Shown here: piece by piece, positions 27,701 through 41,300 of the stretch
How the letters are laid out: each line of letters starts with the position of its first letter
Numbering within the stretch: the first letter of the stretch is position 1
DNA from: Schmidtea polychroa
Lineage: Eukaryota
Assembly (NCBI GenBank): GCA_044892525.1
Contig: CM097885.1
Coordinates: forward strand, 28,522,001 to 28,586,000
Direction: 5' to 3'
DNA: 64,000 bases
The notes under the pieces: model-generated
Seen by the model: only the letters and a program-made list of their open reading frames with translations
What the model was told of the DNA's origin: nothing
Databases searched by the model: none
Program-made: the position numbers and the translations under genes

Positions 27701-28119
27701 GGAAAAACTGGGCTGATATAGTGCCAGAAATAGAATATACCTTGAATGCAACAGTTCAAAAAACAACGGGAGTAAGCCCAGCAGAGATTATATTTGGGAG
27801 GAAAATCGACAGAATGAAATGGTACTCGAATAAAGAAATAAATAGAGAAGATATGGAAAAGAGAATAGAGGATAAAACACTAAAACCAAAAATAAGCAAA
27901 ACAGTGAGAGATTTTGAAATGGAAGATTTGGTTTTGATCAAACAAGAAATTCGAAATAAAGACGATGCAAGGTGGGAAGGGCTGTACAAAGTGATAAAGA
28001 AAATACATGAACGGAGCTACTTACTTAAAGATCAAAATGGGAAGATGGTAGTCAGAAATGTTGAGAAGATCAAACATTTTAAAAAAGGGGGATGTGAGGA
28101 GTTAAAATTAAAATACTAA
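24706..28119 (+). pseudogene. pol: Pol (protease, RT, RNase H, integrase) with one nonsense codon at 26365
   Basis: LLDTGA, YLDDILIF, TDAS, HHCC, IIDHYSK, GIIERQFRT. ORFs 24775-26367 and 26452-28119 share a frame (YY*RFI). Confidence 0.92.
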
Positions 28120-28408
28120 ATCAAATTAGTTCATGATTAAAATTTGTAAAATTTTAATTGAAACTTAAATTATTTTAAGATATTAAAATTGAAATGATAA
28201 TTGAAATTTTAAAATAAAATAATTTTTAATAAAATTGAAATTCAAGTATGAATGCGATGGTATGTTGATATTTGGTTGAAATTAAAATTTAGAAAATGTC
28301 CCAAGAATATTTGTTTATATAATCAGATTTAATGAAATATAATTTTGGATTTAATAGCCTTAGTAATTTATTTTGATGACAGAAGAATTAAATGTTATAG
28401 CTTCTAAC

Positions 28409-28500
<92 letters not shown>

Positions 28501-31500
28501 AAATGCAGTGTTCATCCAATACACGTGCAAGTTATAACAAAGACATGACCTTAAATAGTTAAGTATTAACGTTTATTATTATACAAGTTTTCATTACAAA
28601 GAATTGTATAATAATGAATGATAATAATATCAAAATATCGACATTGCGATATTTGATTTATTATTATTTTTTATATGTTAATGAATTAATTTTTAAAAAT
28701 TAATTTATAATTTTTTTTTATCAGGTTCTTTTTTCCCAAGATATTGCATGTCGTCAATCGGTCATGGTATTTCATGCTATAAAAACATGAAAAAATATTA
28801 CATGCATAAATTTAATGGCATCAACTTTTTTATATGCCCCATATGCAAAACCTCCCAGAGCGTTAGATATAAAGAATTTTTTAAAGAACATTCAAATCAT
28901 TTAAAATCTTTTAAAGTAAATATAAAAGACCTATTTAGGGAAATTAATAAAAATAACTGTGATATTTTAAATATTATACAAAATAAAACATCAAAAAATA
29001 AAAGACCTGCTGAAAATAAAGAAAATAATATACCTAATAAAATTATTAAAAAGGAAGTCATCGAAATCAGTGATGATGATGACTCTATAAATATTGTAAA
29101 TAATGAAATTATACCTATTATAAATAATGAAATTATATCTATTATAAATAACGAAAATAATGAAATTATACCTATTATAAATAATGTAGATATTATAAAT
29201 AATGATTTGATTCAATTTGGAGGTTCTTCCTTAGAGAATGAACCCTTAATCACAATAAATTTAAATGGCGCTATCAAGACTTTACGTTTTGATGTATCAG
29301 ATGCGCAATTAATTAAAATAATTTTAACAGATAAAATCAAAACTATATTAATAAAAGAAATTTATAAAATGGGGAGCGTCAAAATTCAATTTGCGATATT
29401 AATTAGATTTGAAAAAGATGGTGAAATCCGTGACAATTACTTTTCTAATAATGCAACGACATTTTCTGATGACTTTTTAAAGGAAGGGGTTCATAAGCTA
29501 AATGAAAAAATAGAACAATTTACCTATTTTGGCAGTGGATGGCGCGTTATCAACATTCTTGAGATACATTTATTATCACTAAATATGAAACAATTAGTCG
29601 CTTGGCAGGACATCAATATATTAAAACCCCTTCTGAATTGAAAAATAAGAAAGCTATACTAAACATCAAAAATAGCGACGATAAATGCTTTCTGTATTCC
29701 ATTCTTTACTTATTAAAGAAAGATCAAATAGGTGAAAATCCTCAAAGAGTATCTAAATATACTGAATTTTTGAGTGAATTAAAATATGACGAAGTCACGG
29801 ATTGTCCCATGAAATTAATCAACATTCCTAAATTTGAAAAGAAAAACATAAATTTAAAATTAGCCATTAATGTGCTTTCATACACTCCAACTATAATAAT
29901 TGATGACGATGAAACCCCTGATAATTATGTCTTTCACCATCCTCATTTAAGTCTTATCCATCGATCTAAGGTCACTGACGGAAACCCAATTTATTTGTTA
30001 TTATTAGAAAATAAGGATCGATATCATTATACTGCTGTGACCAATATCAATAGACTAATGAACTGTCATCGGAACCCGGACTGTAACGTTCAAATAAGAT
30101 GTCAATGGTACCCACACTGTCTTAACAGGTTCCGATTAGATAACGCGTTTAATATTCATGTCGCATTATGTGCCAAAAATCAGACAGGTACAACCCTTTA
30201 CACTTTGCCCTCAAATAAAAATCTCGAATTTCAAAATTTTTCAAAAACAATAACACCACCATTTGTAATTTATGCCGATTTTGAGTCGGTTTTACCCCCT
30301 GATGTTCGTCATCATCAAATTCATATGCCTAGTTCAGCAGGCCTTTTATTAATAAATAATTATAAAAATACTAAACAATATTTTGAATTTTATGGCCTTG
30401 ACTGTATTACTGATTTTCTTAAAAAAGTTGAGGAAATTGCTACTACTGTTGTGATACCGTATTATGATATGGAAGGTAATAAGTTGATAGGACCGATGTC
30501 TTTCATTGAGGAACGTCAGTTTAAATCTTGTCGAAATTGCTACTTATGTAAAAAACCTATAGTAAATCCGGTAAGAGACCACTGTCATTTCTCTGGTAAA
30601 TATCTAGGGGCATCTTGCCGAAAATGTAATGTTGCTCGTCGAATTTATCATCTACTACCTATTGTCTTTTATAATTTACGAGGTTATGACCTCCACCATA
30701 TTTTAAAACACGGTCTCAATGGCTTTCCATCTTGGGACTTGAACATAATTCCTACCTCAACCGAAAAATTTATTTCGTTAATTGTACATATTAATAAATT
30801 GGCTGTGAGATTTATAGATTCTATGCAATTTGTTAATTGCTCTTTAGCTAAGGCTGTGAAAACACTAACTTCTCTTCCTTTAACTTCGTCTGTCTTTCAA
30901 GGTACTATAGTTGACTGTAAAGGTATTTTTCCGTATGATTTTGCTACCTCGTTTGATGTTCCTGAGACTACATATGAACTACCTCTTATTTGGTCTGGTG
31001 TTAGCGAAGATGAGTACGCTAAGGCACAACTAATCTGGACGCAGCAAAACTTTATAAATTTGCGTGACTATATGTTAACCTACCTCAAACTCGATGTATT
31101 CCTACTCGCTGATTACTTTCAACAATTCCGGGCCAATGCCATTGCATATAATGGATTGGAACCTTTAAATTTCTATGGAATTCCCGGTATGTCATGGTCC
31201 TCAGCGCTTATGACATTAACGGAACCCATAGAACTTTTACAGAACATGGAAATGTTCAATTTTTACGAGGGAGGAATACGGGGTGGGTTAACATTTGTTA
31301 ACAAACATTACACGGCTGCTTCAGATGATACAGAATTATTGTATATTGATATAAATAATCTGTATGGTTGGGCTCTTAGCCAAAGTCTTCCCTATGGTGA
31401 TTTTACTTGGGTGTATGATGGCTTGAATGAAGTTTTGGATGAGTGTGTGAATGTTGCAAATATCGAAACACTTCCATATGGATATACTATGGAAGTTGAT

Positions 31501-32878
31501 ATCGAGATTCCGATTGATTTCCATGATTTTTCAAATGACTTTCCGATTGGACCTGAAAAGATGTGCCCACCTAACTCAAAAGTTGAGAAGCTAATGCTCA
31601 CGCATTATCCAAAGAAGAACTATGTTCTTCATTGGAGGCTTCTCAGGCTTTATCTTTCACTTGGGGCTAAGGTTGTAAATATACACAGAGCTATAAAATA
31701 TAAACAAAATCATATCTTTAAACATTATATCGATAAAAACACTAACTTGCGTGCTAATGCAGTTAGTGAAATATATAGAGATTTATTTAAATTATATAAT
31801 AATAGCCTGTACGGTAAATCCGTAGAGAACCTTAAAAAGAGGATGAATTTGCGACTATGTAATTCATCTGAAAAATTAATTACATATTCGTCAAAACCGG
31901 CATTCAGAAAAACAATTGAAATAGTAGATGATATGTTTGCCGCGCATCTCAATAAGGACTCTATATGTTTGGATAGACCCAGCTACATCGGACAATCAGT
32001 AGTGGATCTATCCAAACTACGGATGTATCAGTTACAGAATATAGAGCTACAACGATATCGGGATATTTATAATTGTGAAATTAATTTAGTAGCGGGTGAT
32101 ATCGACTCTTTCTTTTTAGAGGTTAAAAATTTAAAATTAGATATATTATTACAAGCGATGATTTCGGATGACCTTTTAGATACTTCAAATTACGATCCCT
32201 CTCATCCTTTATATTCCAGGCGACTTGACTCAGTTATAGGCAAGTTTAAGGATGAGAGTAAAGGGTTAGGATATAGTGAATGGGTTTTCTTACGTCCTAA
32301 ATGTTACAGCCTATTAGGAAATAAGTCAACAATGAGGGCTAAGGGCGTAAAATTACCGGGGACCGACATCAAACATCAATCTTATTTAGACTGCTATAAC
32401 AACAACACAGTCATGTCGGTTCCTCAAACTAGAATAGGAACCCGGAATCATCAGCTGTTTACTTTTAAAAACTCAAAAATAGCTTTAAATAATCACGACT
32501 ATAAGAGAGCTTGGGTAGGGAAAAACTCAAGTTTTGCATATGGACATTATAGAGGGGTCGATGTCTTAGATGGTAGTGGTAATATCATTATGCCTGAAAC
32601 GGATCCTGTCATTCGAGATCAACAATTCAATCAAATATTCAACTCAATAATTTAAAGTTATAATTTGGGCCAATTATTTAACATTGTGATTATGTATATA
32701 TTTGTGTAAATACGATGTTGAATAAAAATTTGTAAATATGATGGCGAATAAAAAATTTGTAAATATTTAGTTATTTTTGTTTGTAAACTTTTTATGGTAT
32801 AACTTTTGTGTTATAAATTTTATAATAATCGACTATGTTTTTAGTTAACAATGATTTGTGATAGAAAGTTGAAATTAT

Positions 32879-32931
<53 letters not shown>

Positions 32932-33104
32932 TATTATTATTATTATTATTATTATTATAGTAATAATAATAGTAATAATACCATTGTGAGTTGTTAAGCG
33001 TGAGCAGTACCCTTGTGACCATTACCCATAGGGGGACAGAATATTTTGTCGGATAAACTCGGAGTATATATATTAATACTAATAATAATGATAATAATAA
33101 TAAT

Positions 33105-33171
<67 letters not shown>

Positions 33172-33361
33172 TTTTTACTTTATTAAAACAAATTAAGACA
33201 GCATTTGCGCGCACGGATTCCCCTTTGAATTACCTTTAAAATGACCCCTTGATCAATAAAATCCAAGCAAAGGTACTCTCAAAATAGTAATTTTAAGAAA
33301 ATACACACAAGTAATCTTTAATTAAACTATATAGCCGCCATCTTGAAAAACATGACCTTGT

Positions 33362-33492
33362 CCTTTGAAAGTATGACCATGATACTTACATCTCAAATAC
33401 CTTTTCTTTGATATATATATATTATAAGGTTTTAAAATTCTTGAACCTCAGACCCTTGGACCTTCGAAATCACCATCAAAAGTCCTTTCGAA

Positions 33493-33531
<39 letters not shown>

Positions 33532-33975
33532 GGTTTAAAAAATATTAAATTTTGGACACCCTTAGAAGGTTATTGACCAACCATACACCTTCGAGGGTAT
33601 AGCCATTAGATAGAACTCTCAAATACCTTTCGAATGATATATATATTATAAAGTTTGAAAAAATTCGAAGGTTTTTTACCCTTTGAAAGCCGAGGACCCA
33701 CCATTCACCTTCGAGGGTATGACCATTAGATAGACCTCTCAAATACCTTTCGAATGATATCCTTTGGTGAAGGTTTGACCTTAAAAATATGACCTTGCCT
33801 TAAAAATATGACTTGACGAGTCATCCAATGACCTTGAATGAGCCATGGTCTTTGTTTCAATGGCCTTGAATGAGTCATGGTCTTTGTTTCAATGACCTAG
33901 ATGAGTCATCCTATGACCATGAAAAAAAAATTTTACCTCGGGGGGGGGGTGCCAGTGGTGACACATCCTACTACT
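33362..33975 (-). repeat. Right terminal inverted repeat of Polinton 1
   Basis: Imperfect reverse complement of 14990-15518. Confidence 0.85.
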
Positions 33976-35445
33976 GTCTGAGTACATATAAATCTCCTAA
34001 ACTAAACTGCATTATTACAAATCTATTTGGCCACAACATGTGCAAACCATAGCTTGATTATTAAAGCACATGTGAAATTTGCATTCGGGACATCGAAATT
34101 TTACTTCATTTTCATTGTCCGAGGGCAGATTGTGCAACGTTTATGTGTGGTAACTTGTACTACTTGCGTTTCATAATGAATTGACAACTTGTAATGGCAC
34201 TGACGAAGTGCTTAAATCGTTGGAACTTTCATACATCTACGATAATTGATAATTTGATGCAATGTGTGGTTATGTACTAATTGGTAACCAAGATTCTTTA
34301 GAAATTCTCTTCTCCAATTAGATGATTGTTGAGGTTTGTAAATTAAAATAAATTTAAATGAAATTTAAGTTGAAAATTTAAATAGAAAGTAAGTGAAGTG
34401 AAAAGACAAATAAAAGCGTGATCATGCACAGAATTGATAGTAAAGGAAAATATGATGGAAGCAGTATTAGAAAATGGCAAAAGCAATTGCGAAAGGCAAG
34501 AATCCGGAAATCCGAGAAAAATCAATAAATTGTAAAATTATCGAAATCGAATTGGGAAAACGGGACAGGTATTGATTAGCTAATAGTCAACAACGTGATG
34601 ATTAGGGATTTATCAGAAAATGGTTAGAAAGAGTCGAAAAGCATTCAAATGTGTTAAAACAGAAGACGTTAATTAATTAATTAATTGGCTAATAGAAAAC
34701 TCGAGCTGATGGGAAACCCGAGCAAACGGAGAACCAGAGAGATGAAGGAAACATGAGCTGGGTAAACAAAGAGAAAAGTAAATAGGAGGAAGATTTGGGC
34801 CCATTAGCGTGACACAATGATTAATCGGAAAAGAACAAGGAAAAGATAGTGCGTGCAGAAAGGCCGGACGGGCCATTAAATATCTTTGTTCGTTGGACCA
34901 TTATGGGTGACAGCCGAAGCAGATATGTGGAGTCGAATGTCAAGTGAGATATTGGCTCGGCAATAACCATTTGTCATCCCAATTTCGAAGAGTACATAAG
35001 AAATGTGAAAATCAGAGCAAATCAGCATTTTGCCTCAGTTAGGGTAAGAAGAAACGAGAATAGGCGAAAGGCAAAAAAAAAGCCTATTTTATCTATGTTT
35101 TATTGGTTGTAAATAATTGGGTTTTTATTTGTTTTAATCTATTTATTATTTGTTTTTCGTGTTTTTGTTTCACATAAAACTTTAATCATATAATCAGGGG
35201 ATGGGATTAAAAAAAAATTTAATTATTAACGTTTATTAATTAAGAGAATATTAATTTAATAAAAACACTTAGAACATTTTAAAAACAAAATATTTCCTTA
35301 AAGTTATAAGTACTCTTAAAGAAAAATAAAATGTTTCTTAATTTGTAAAGACTTGAAAATAATAATTAATTTATAAGTGTTCTTAAAAATATTTTTGAAA
35401 TGAAATATAAGACTTAAAAATAATAATTATGAAGATGAAGATACA

Positions 35446-35823
35446 ATGAGTGTCGATGAATCGGAAGAAGAACTGGGGCCTGAACCAGATATAAACATAG
35501 AAGAGCCTCATTTTATAATAGAAAAAGAAAAGCAACAGATCACAGAAAAGGAATTGACTCGTCATTTCGGGAGACGAATAAACGAGGGCGATATCCTAAA
35601 TATAGCATTGGGCAAAGGATTCAATCGAACAAAAATGCTCATTCAGGATTGCGAGATAGAAATAGTAAAAAGTATTAGAGATAATGCGGACATTATCTTA
35701 ACGGCCCAGGGAGGAATGTTGGATGATGAAGGTAGGCACATCACCACATTTAATCTCAACAGGTACTATAGAACAGGGCCCAAGAGATACAGAATCAATG
35801 TATACGCCGAAGAGCGCAGATAA
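35446..35823 (+). CDS. Unknown 125-aa protein (family C)
   Basis: Coding-like composition; C-terminus LDDEGRHITTFNLNRYYRTGPKRYRINVY has a paralogue at 63294-63398. Confidence 0.5.
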   Translation: MSVDESEEELGPEPDINIEEPHFIIEKEKQQITEKELTRHFGRRINEGDILNIALGKGFNRTKMLIQDCEIEIVKSIRDNADIILTAQGGMLDDEGRHITTFNLNRYYRTGPKRYRINVYAEERR

Positions 35824-36106
35824 ATAGACAGTCTAATTTCCCAACAATCAACAATCCAAGTCCATGCAACCCAATTCAATCCAAAAACAATCCAGAAAAA
35901 TCTTTCAATTGACAATTTGTGTAAATATTATTGATCAAACATTATCCTCGAACTAGCTAACAATCTGTGCATATTTTATCCTTTATTATTATTCTGGTTA
36001 ATTTCTGTCTGATTATTTATGTATGCAGCACCAGCGCTAGAGTTTCAGATGATGTATTGCAATTTTGTATCGTACTTGCCTGTTAAATTTAATGTAGCTG
36101 TTAGAC

Positions 36107-36462
36107 CAGTGTTTCTCAAACAGTGTGCCGCCAATTGAGTCAAGTGTGCCGCGAATTGTTTTTCCCAAAAAAGTTAGTAATAAAATAAATTTACAAAAAC
36201 TATATCAAGCTTTTTACTATGAAAAAGTCTCTGATGTGGAATTTCCCAAAGAATACACAAAAATAAAAATTTATTTACAAAGAACTATTAATTTTTTTTA
36301 ATTTTGTACTTTTATTAAAATTAAAAATCTCTCGTAATCATATTTAATTAGTATAGACTAAAAATTAGCTTTTTTATATATCATTGGAAAATCAAAAAAT
36401 TTGTAAAAAATTTTAAATTTTGGGCAGATGTGCCGCGAGCGAGAAAAGTCTGAGAAACACTG
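36107..36462. mobile_element. hAT-type MITE (duplicate of 13440-13795)
   Basis: Same TIRs; mirror copy within the right arm. Confidence 0.7.
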
Positions 36463-38391
36463 TATTAAATATTTTCTATGGGGTCTGTGAGTCCTCATAA
36501 AATATGCCACCATCAAAATACAAATTGACATCGAAATTTTGTGATATAAGCTTTCACATTAGTATCATCCGATAAATGACAGAAAACATGAAAAGTTATA
36601 AAGTTTCAGCTTTGTGAAACTGTTCTTACAAGCACAGTAGGACTTTAGAGAGGGTTGGGGTCTGACAAACCTCAAAATTTATGCTAACCATTAACCACAT
36701 GAAGAAGCCTTGAAAAGATATAAATGGTTTAGTTTTTTAAAAATGAATGATCAACTAAACACCATAGAAGTACGACAATTCATTAAAACTAACCAAAAAT
36801 ATAAACTGAAATGTAATACATGATATGTTACTTTCAAGTTTATCTTCTAACGTATTTAATATATTGTAGCCATCTATTATACTGAACTTTTATTCAACAA
36901 GCAAATAAACATATCTAAACATTTTTAAATAACGGTTAAGAATTTAAAGTCAGACTAAAGTTCAAATGATTAATTTGGAATGAATCTATGAACAAAAAAT
37001 ATATATATTAATTAGTTTTTTTGAAAAACATTAAATTGTATTTTTAAAAAATTATATGAAATGAATAGAATTTATATGAAATTTGTTATATAAATGCTTT
37101 GTTTATATCAAGGCTTGATTTTACAGTTTTCAATATTACTAATTATCATTATGGTTTTACGTAAGTTTCAATTTACCATACACGATGAAAGTTTAGATAT
37201 TCACATTGAGGATGTATTAATTTTTTTTGCTTAATTTGATGCTCTTATTTTCTTTAGACTAACTTAAATAAACACGGATGCCATAATGCAATGAAGTATT
37301 AGCCACTTATTTAATTAAAAATTACAATTTAATTAAAAACAAAACTATATTAGAAGTATATTGATTATCATGATTTTCCTAAATTATAAAAAAATAGTTA
37401 GGTTCTGGAACAGGACTTAGTGGAATATTGTGCTCTAAATTAAATGCACCTATAGTGTATCTCACAGACTTAAATGACGAAGTGAAAATTGTATAAGAAA
37501 TAATATCAACCAATATAAAATATTTCCTATTTCATGGGGGAATTTATTTCACGAAAATTTGTTTTCAATCAATAATTTAGATCTTATTATCGCGTAAGAT
37601 TGTCTATTTGATAAATCAGGTAGGAAAATTTTTGTGATACTTTATGAAAATAAATCGTATTTAGTTTTTGAAAGTTTTTTTTATTACCGTGGCTTTTTTT
37701 TCTTCGAAAACATCCAAATGCTATTCTGCTTACAACATTTGAAATTAGATGGTAATTAATTGCATTTTGTTAGTAAATTTCTATTTAAAATTTTAATCAA
37801 TATTTATTTTACTGCAAGATTTTAAATGTCCGAAATAATCAGTGAAATTGTTTTTATAAATTTATAATTAATTATTTTTATATATACATTTGAATTATCC
37901 GAATAAGATTTTGTTTTAAATTTTTATTTATTAACATTATTATTAGAATAATTCTTATCATCAGAATAATTATTTTTCAATTGCGTTTGATAAAGTTTTG
38001 CGCAATTGATTAAAAAATTGAACAAATTTTAATCGATTATTATTCACGTTTACTGCGTGCTAATGCACGCTCGCAACTCAAAGGATACGTTGATTGTAAC
38101 TCATAATTAACAAATGATACAAAATTTTTATAATATAGCACTTGAACCAAACACTAATTGTCCTGTGATTTACAACATTTTATTAATAGATTTAAATCCA
38201 TGTTATAATTTAAAAAAATTTTTAAAATGAACCCATGCAATTGTAAAAAAAAATCAACAAATTGTAATTTCAATTTTTACAATTAATAGCTAAATTACTT
38301 TGTTTAAATTATTCCAAATATTGTGTTTTAATATTTTGAATTATCAACATTTATTTCTATAAGTTTTTTAAAAATATTATTCAAACGTACT

Positions 38392-41300
38392 ATGTTACCG
38401 AAAAGTAAAGGCACATCAGTGCCATCCGATTCAGAAGCTAAAGAAGAGTAAAAAATTTATCCATTGACATTGATTTTTATTATTGCAACAGATTAGCATG
38501 TCATGTTTATGAATATCTAATACATATTGGTGCAACTAAATCTGCACAAACATTTTTACAAGAAGTTATTATTCGTTCATAAAAAAATAGTTTTAAATTC
38601 AAAATTAATTTTAGATGCGTTGGGAAAAACCACGGCAAATTGGTGAATCTCCAGGATTTTTAAATGAATGGTGGTGGTGAGCATCATTTTATTTCAATCA
38701 ATAATTTTAAATGATTACATTTTAGTGTCTTTTATGATTTATACACCGCGCCCGAAGAAAGACTAAACTTAGAGCCACCCTTTGAGCATTCAAGTGAATC
38801 TAAAGCATTTCATGATTATGTATGTAGAATTTGATTATAAGGGATATTATTGATTCGATTTTTGATAAACAGGGATTTGGTAATTCTGGATATCCAAATG
38901 GATCACCAAGAGTGAGTTGAATGTTAATTTTTATACGATTTTTCTAAACATTGGAATTTATACAATTATAATTGTCAAATAAATTGTTACTATATATGAT
39001 AATTATTAGTGTATTGCTTTAACGCAAGTCAACTAAATTGTTATTTGTATCCTATTACTCTAAAACGCGTGTGTCATCAGCAACTGACTTTAAATTAACG
39101 GCTTTTCCTCATTGAATGCATGCGCATCATTGTAGTGTTGTTTTTTTAATTGAAAACACTGAAACGATTATAATTTCCTTAACTTGTTTGTTTTAAATTT
39201 TGAATTTAAATTTTTTAGCTGTCAGTGGATCTCACTTGTTATTTTCCCCATATAAATCATTTATATCTATCCAGTGGATTTAATTGGATAAAATTGTAAT
39301 TTGGTTTTTATTTTCTCTCTTTCGGGTTATTTTCTATAATAAAATTCCATCGACAGCTGGTGATTAATTATAACCGATTTTTTTGCTCGCAGTTAGAAAT
39401 TATTTTTATTGAAATATTTTTTCATACACCGAATGCGAAACTTGTGTGACAGTGCCAATAAGATTTGGTTATTTCTTACATTTGTTGTAAATTAATTCGC
39501 CATAGGAGATTATAAGGCATTCAAATTGATCTCTTTCACAATTGCCTCCAAAATCTAAATCGAAGGATATTTTAAAGAACTCTATTGACCAGATAGGCGG
39601 GTTTCATACACCGAATGCGGAACCTATATGAAAGAGAAGATAAAATATTTTGTCCGCTTGTATAATAATTTGATTAAACTTTATTTTTATGTTTTCAAAA
39701 AAATATGTAACAGGAAGTTGACGATAATATCGATTTATAACACAAATTTTAAAGATTATAAATTCTACACGAGTTTCTAAACTAATTTATTTGTAGAATC
39801 CATCAATACCCATTCCAATGAGCTGTGGAATGCCGCCTACTGGCGGAAGGCCTCCGTCATCACAAGGTATAATACCACCAGATAATAATATTCATACTCC
39901 AGTATCTATCCAAGGTGGTCCGATGCTAGTTCCAGGAAGCTCATTTTTCCCTGTTAGTGTTTTTGATATTTATAATCACAATATACAATCAAACTATAAT
40001 CACGAATTCATTATGAATCAATATCATTCTAAATTTATCCAAAGGAAATTATTTGCAATTATAGACAAATCAGGAAATTAGCAATTATATATGACAAATT
40101 CATTGTTAGAGGCGCTTTAACATTATTTGCTCTGCTACATTTAGGTCATAATGTATATCTGGTGTACAGTTTGAAATATGAGGCCTAGATATCATATCTC
40201 AGCGCTAAATATGATTTTCGGATACCTAGAGGGATAAACTGAAATACAATTAAGAAGTATAAATAGTGAAATAATAAATCTTTAATTTAAAATCATTTTT
40301 ATTCATAACAAACTTAAAAATGCAAAAGATCTTCAACAAAAAGCAATTTACAAATGCTTATTATCTAATCTCTTGATTCATGATATGAGAATTAAGGAAT
40401 TATATTAAACTAAAATATTTTCTTTCTTGCCTTTGCTTGTGCAAAGTCACTGAGGACATTCTCGAATGAGACTGAGGGAACATAATTTATCTTAAGTCTT
40501 TGTTCTAAATTCAGAAGCTGTCGAAATTTATCAGTAACCTCGGTTGTCATAGTTATAGCTAAACAAACCCTATGCGCTTTGTTCTTCGAATTGAGTCGAT
40601 ATTACAATTTCTCATTGGGACACTTTTTGGGGCCCTAGGCTATAGCCTGTGTAACCTATACATAAATCCTGCACTGTTGATGTATTATAATGTATAATTG
40701 GATCAAATTTACTATTGAAATTACTGAACATTTTTGTCCGGTCAAAAGTCTGAATGCTTAAGATATAAAACATATGCTATTAAAAGGTTATTTGAAAATT
40801 TTCTCTTAATTTGTTCACGTATAAAATAATTGTAAATTTCATAATCTTATCAGCTACTAGTCCGAATACCCGCCCAATTCACATTTTCACGTTTTTAATT
40901 TCGTTTATTGTTTTAATTTGCATTGTTAAATTTTTAAGATGTACAATTTTCAGGGACCGCAAATAAAATTTATTTTGACCAAAAAAAAGATTAATCACGC
41001 AACAATGTCTTTAAGTTTAAAATGAATTAAATGATTTAAAAAATAATCAAATGTAAAAATTATAATTTTTATGAATTTAGCGAACTTTTGTTTTAATTTA
41101 TAATCAATTAAAGTTTTTGTTGATATTCATATACTTATGTTTTTATTTATAAAATTTGGTTTTCAATGAAAACTGGTATAAACGTTTTCTTTTTGTTTTT
41201 CGATCCTTTCTGAACATATTCTAATGAATCCTTTCTCGTCATGATCTTATCTTTTGGTGGTACTGCAATGCGACGTTTAATTTGATTGTTAAACAAAAAT

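Larger units (their letters stand above)
23350..28409 (+). mobile_element. Full-length Ty3/gypsy LTR retrotransposon
   Basis: 317-bp LTRs 23350-23666 and 28093-28409 (TG..CA, 3 mismatches seen), PBS-like TGGCGACC, PPT AAAAAAGGGGGA, domain order gag-PR-RT-RH-IN. Confidence 0.96.

Noticed and set aside
28748..29641. Separate 297-aa gene upstream of pPolB
   Set aside because: Ends in the pPolB GSGW motif and continues into 29602 via one frameshift near 29570, so it is treated as the pPolB N-terminus.
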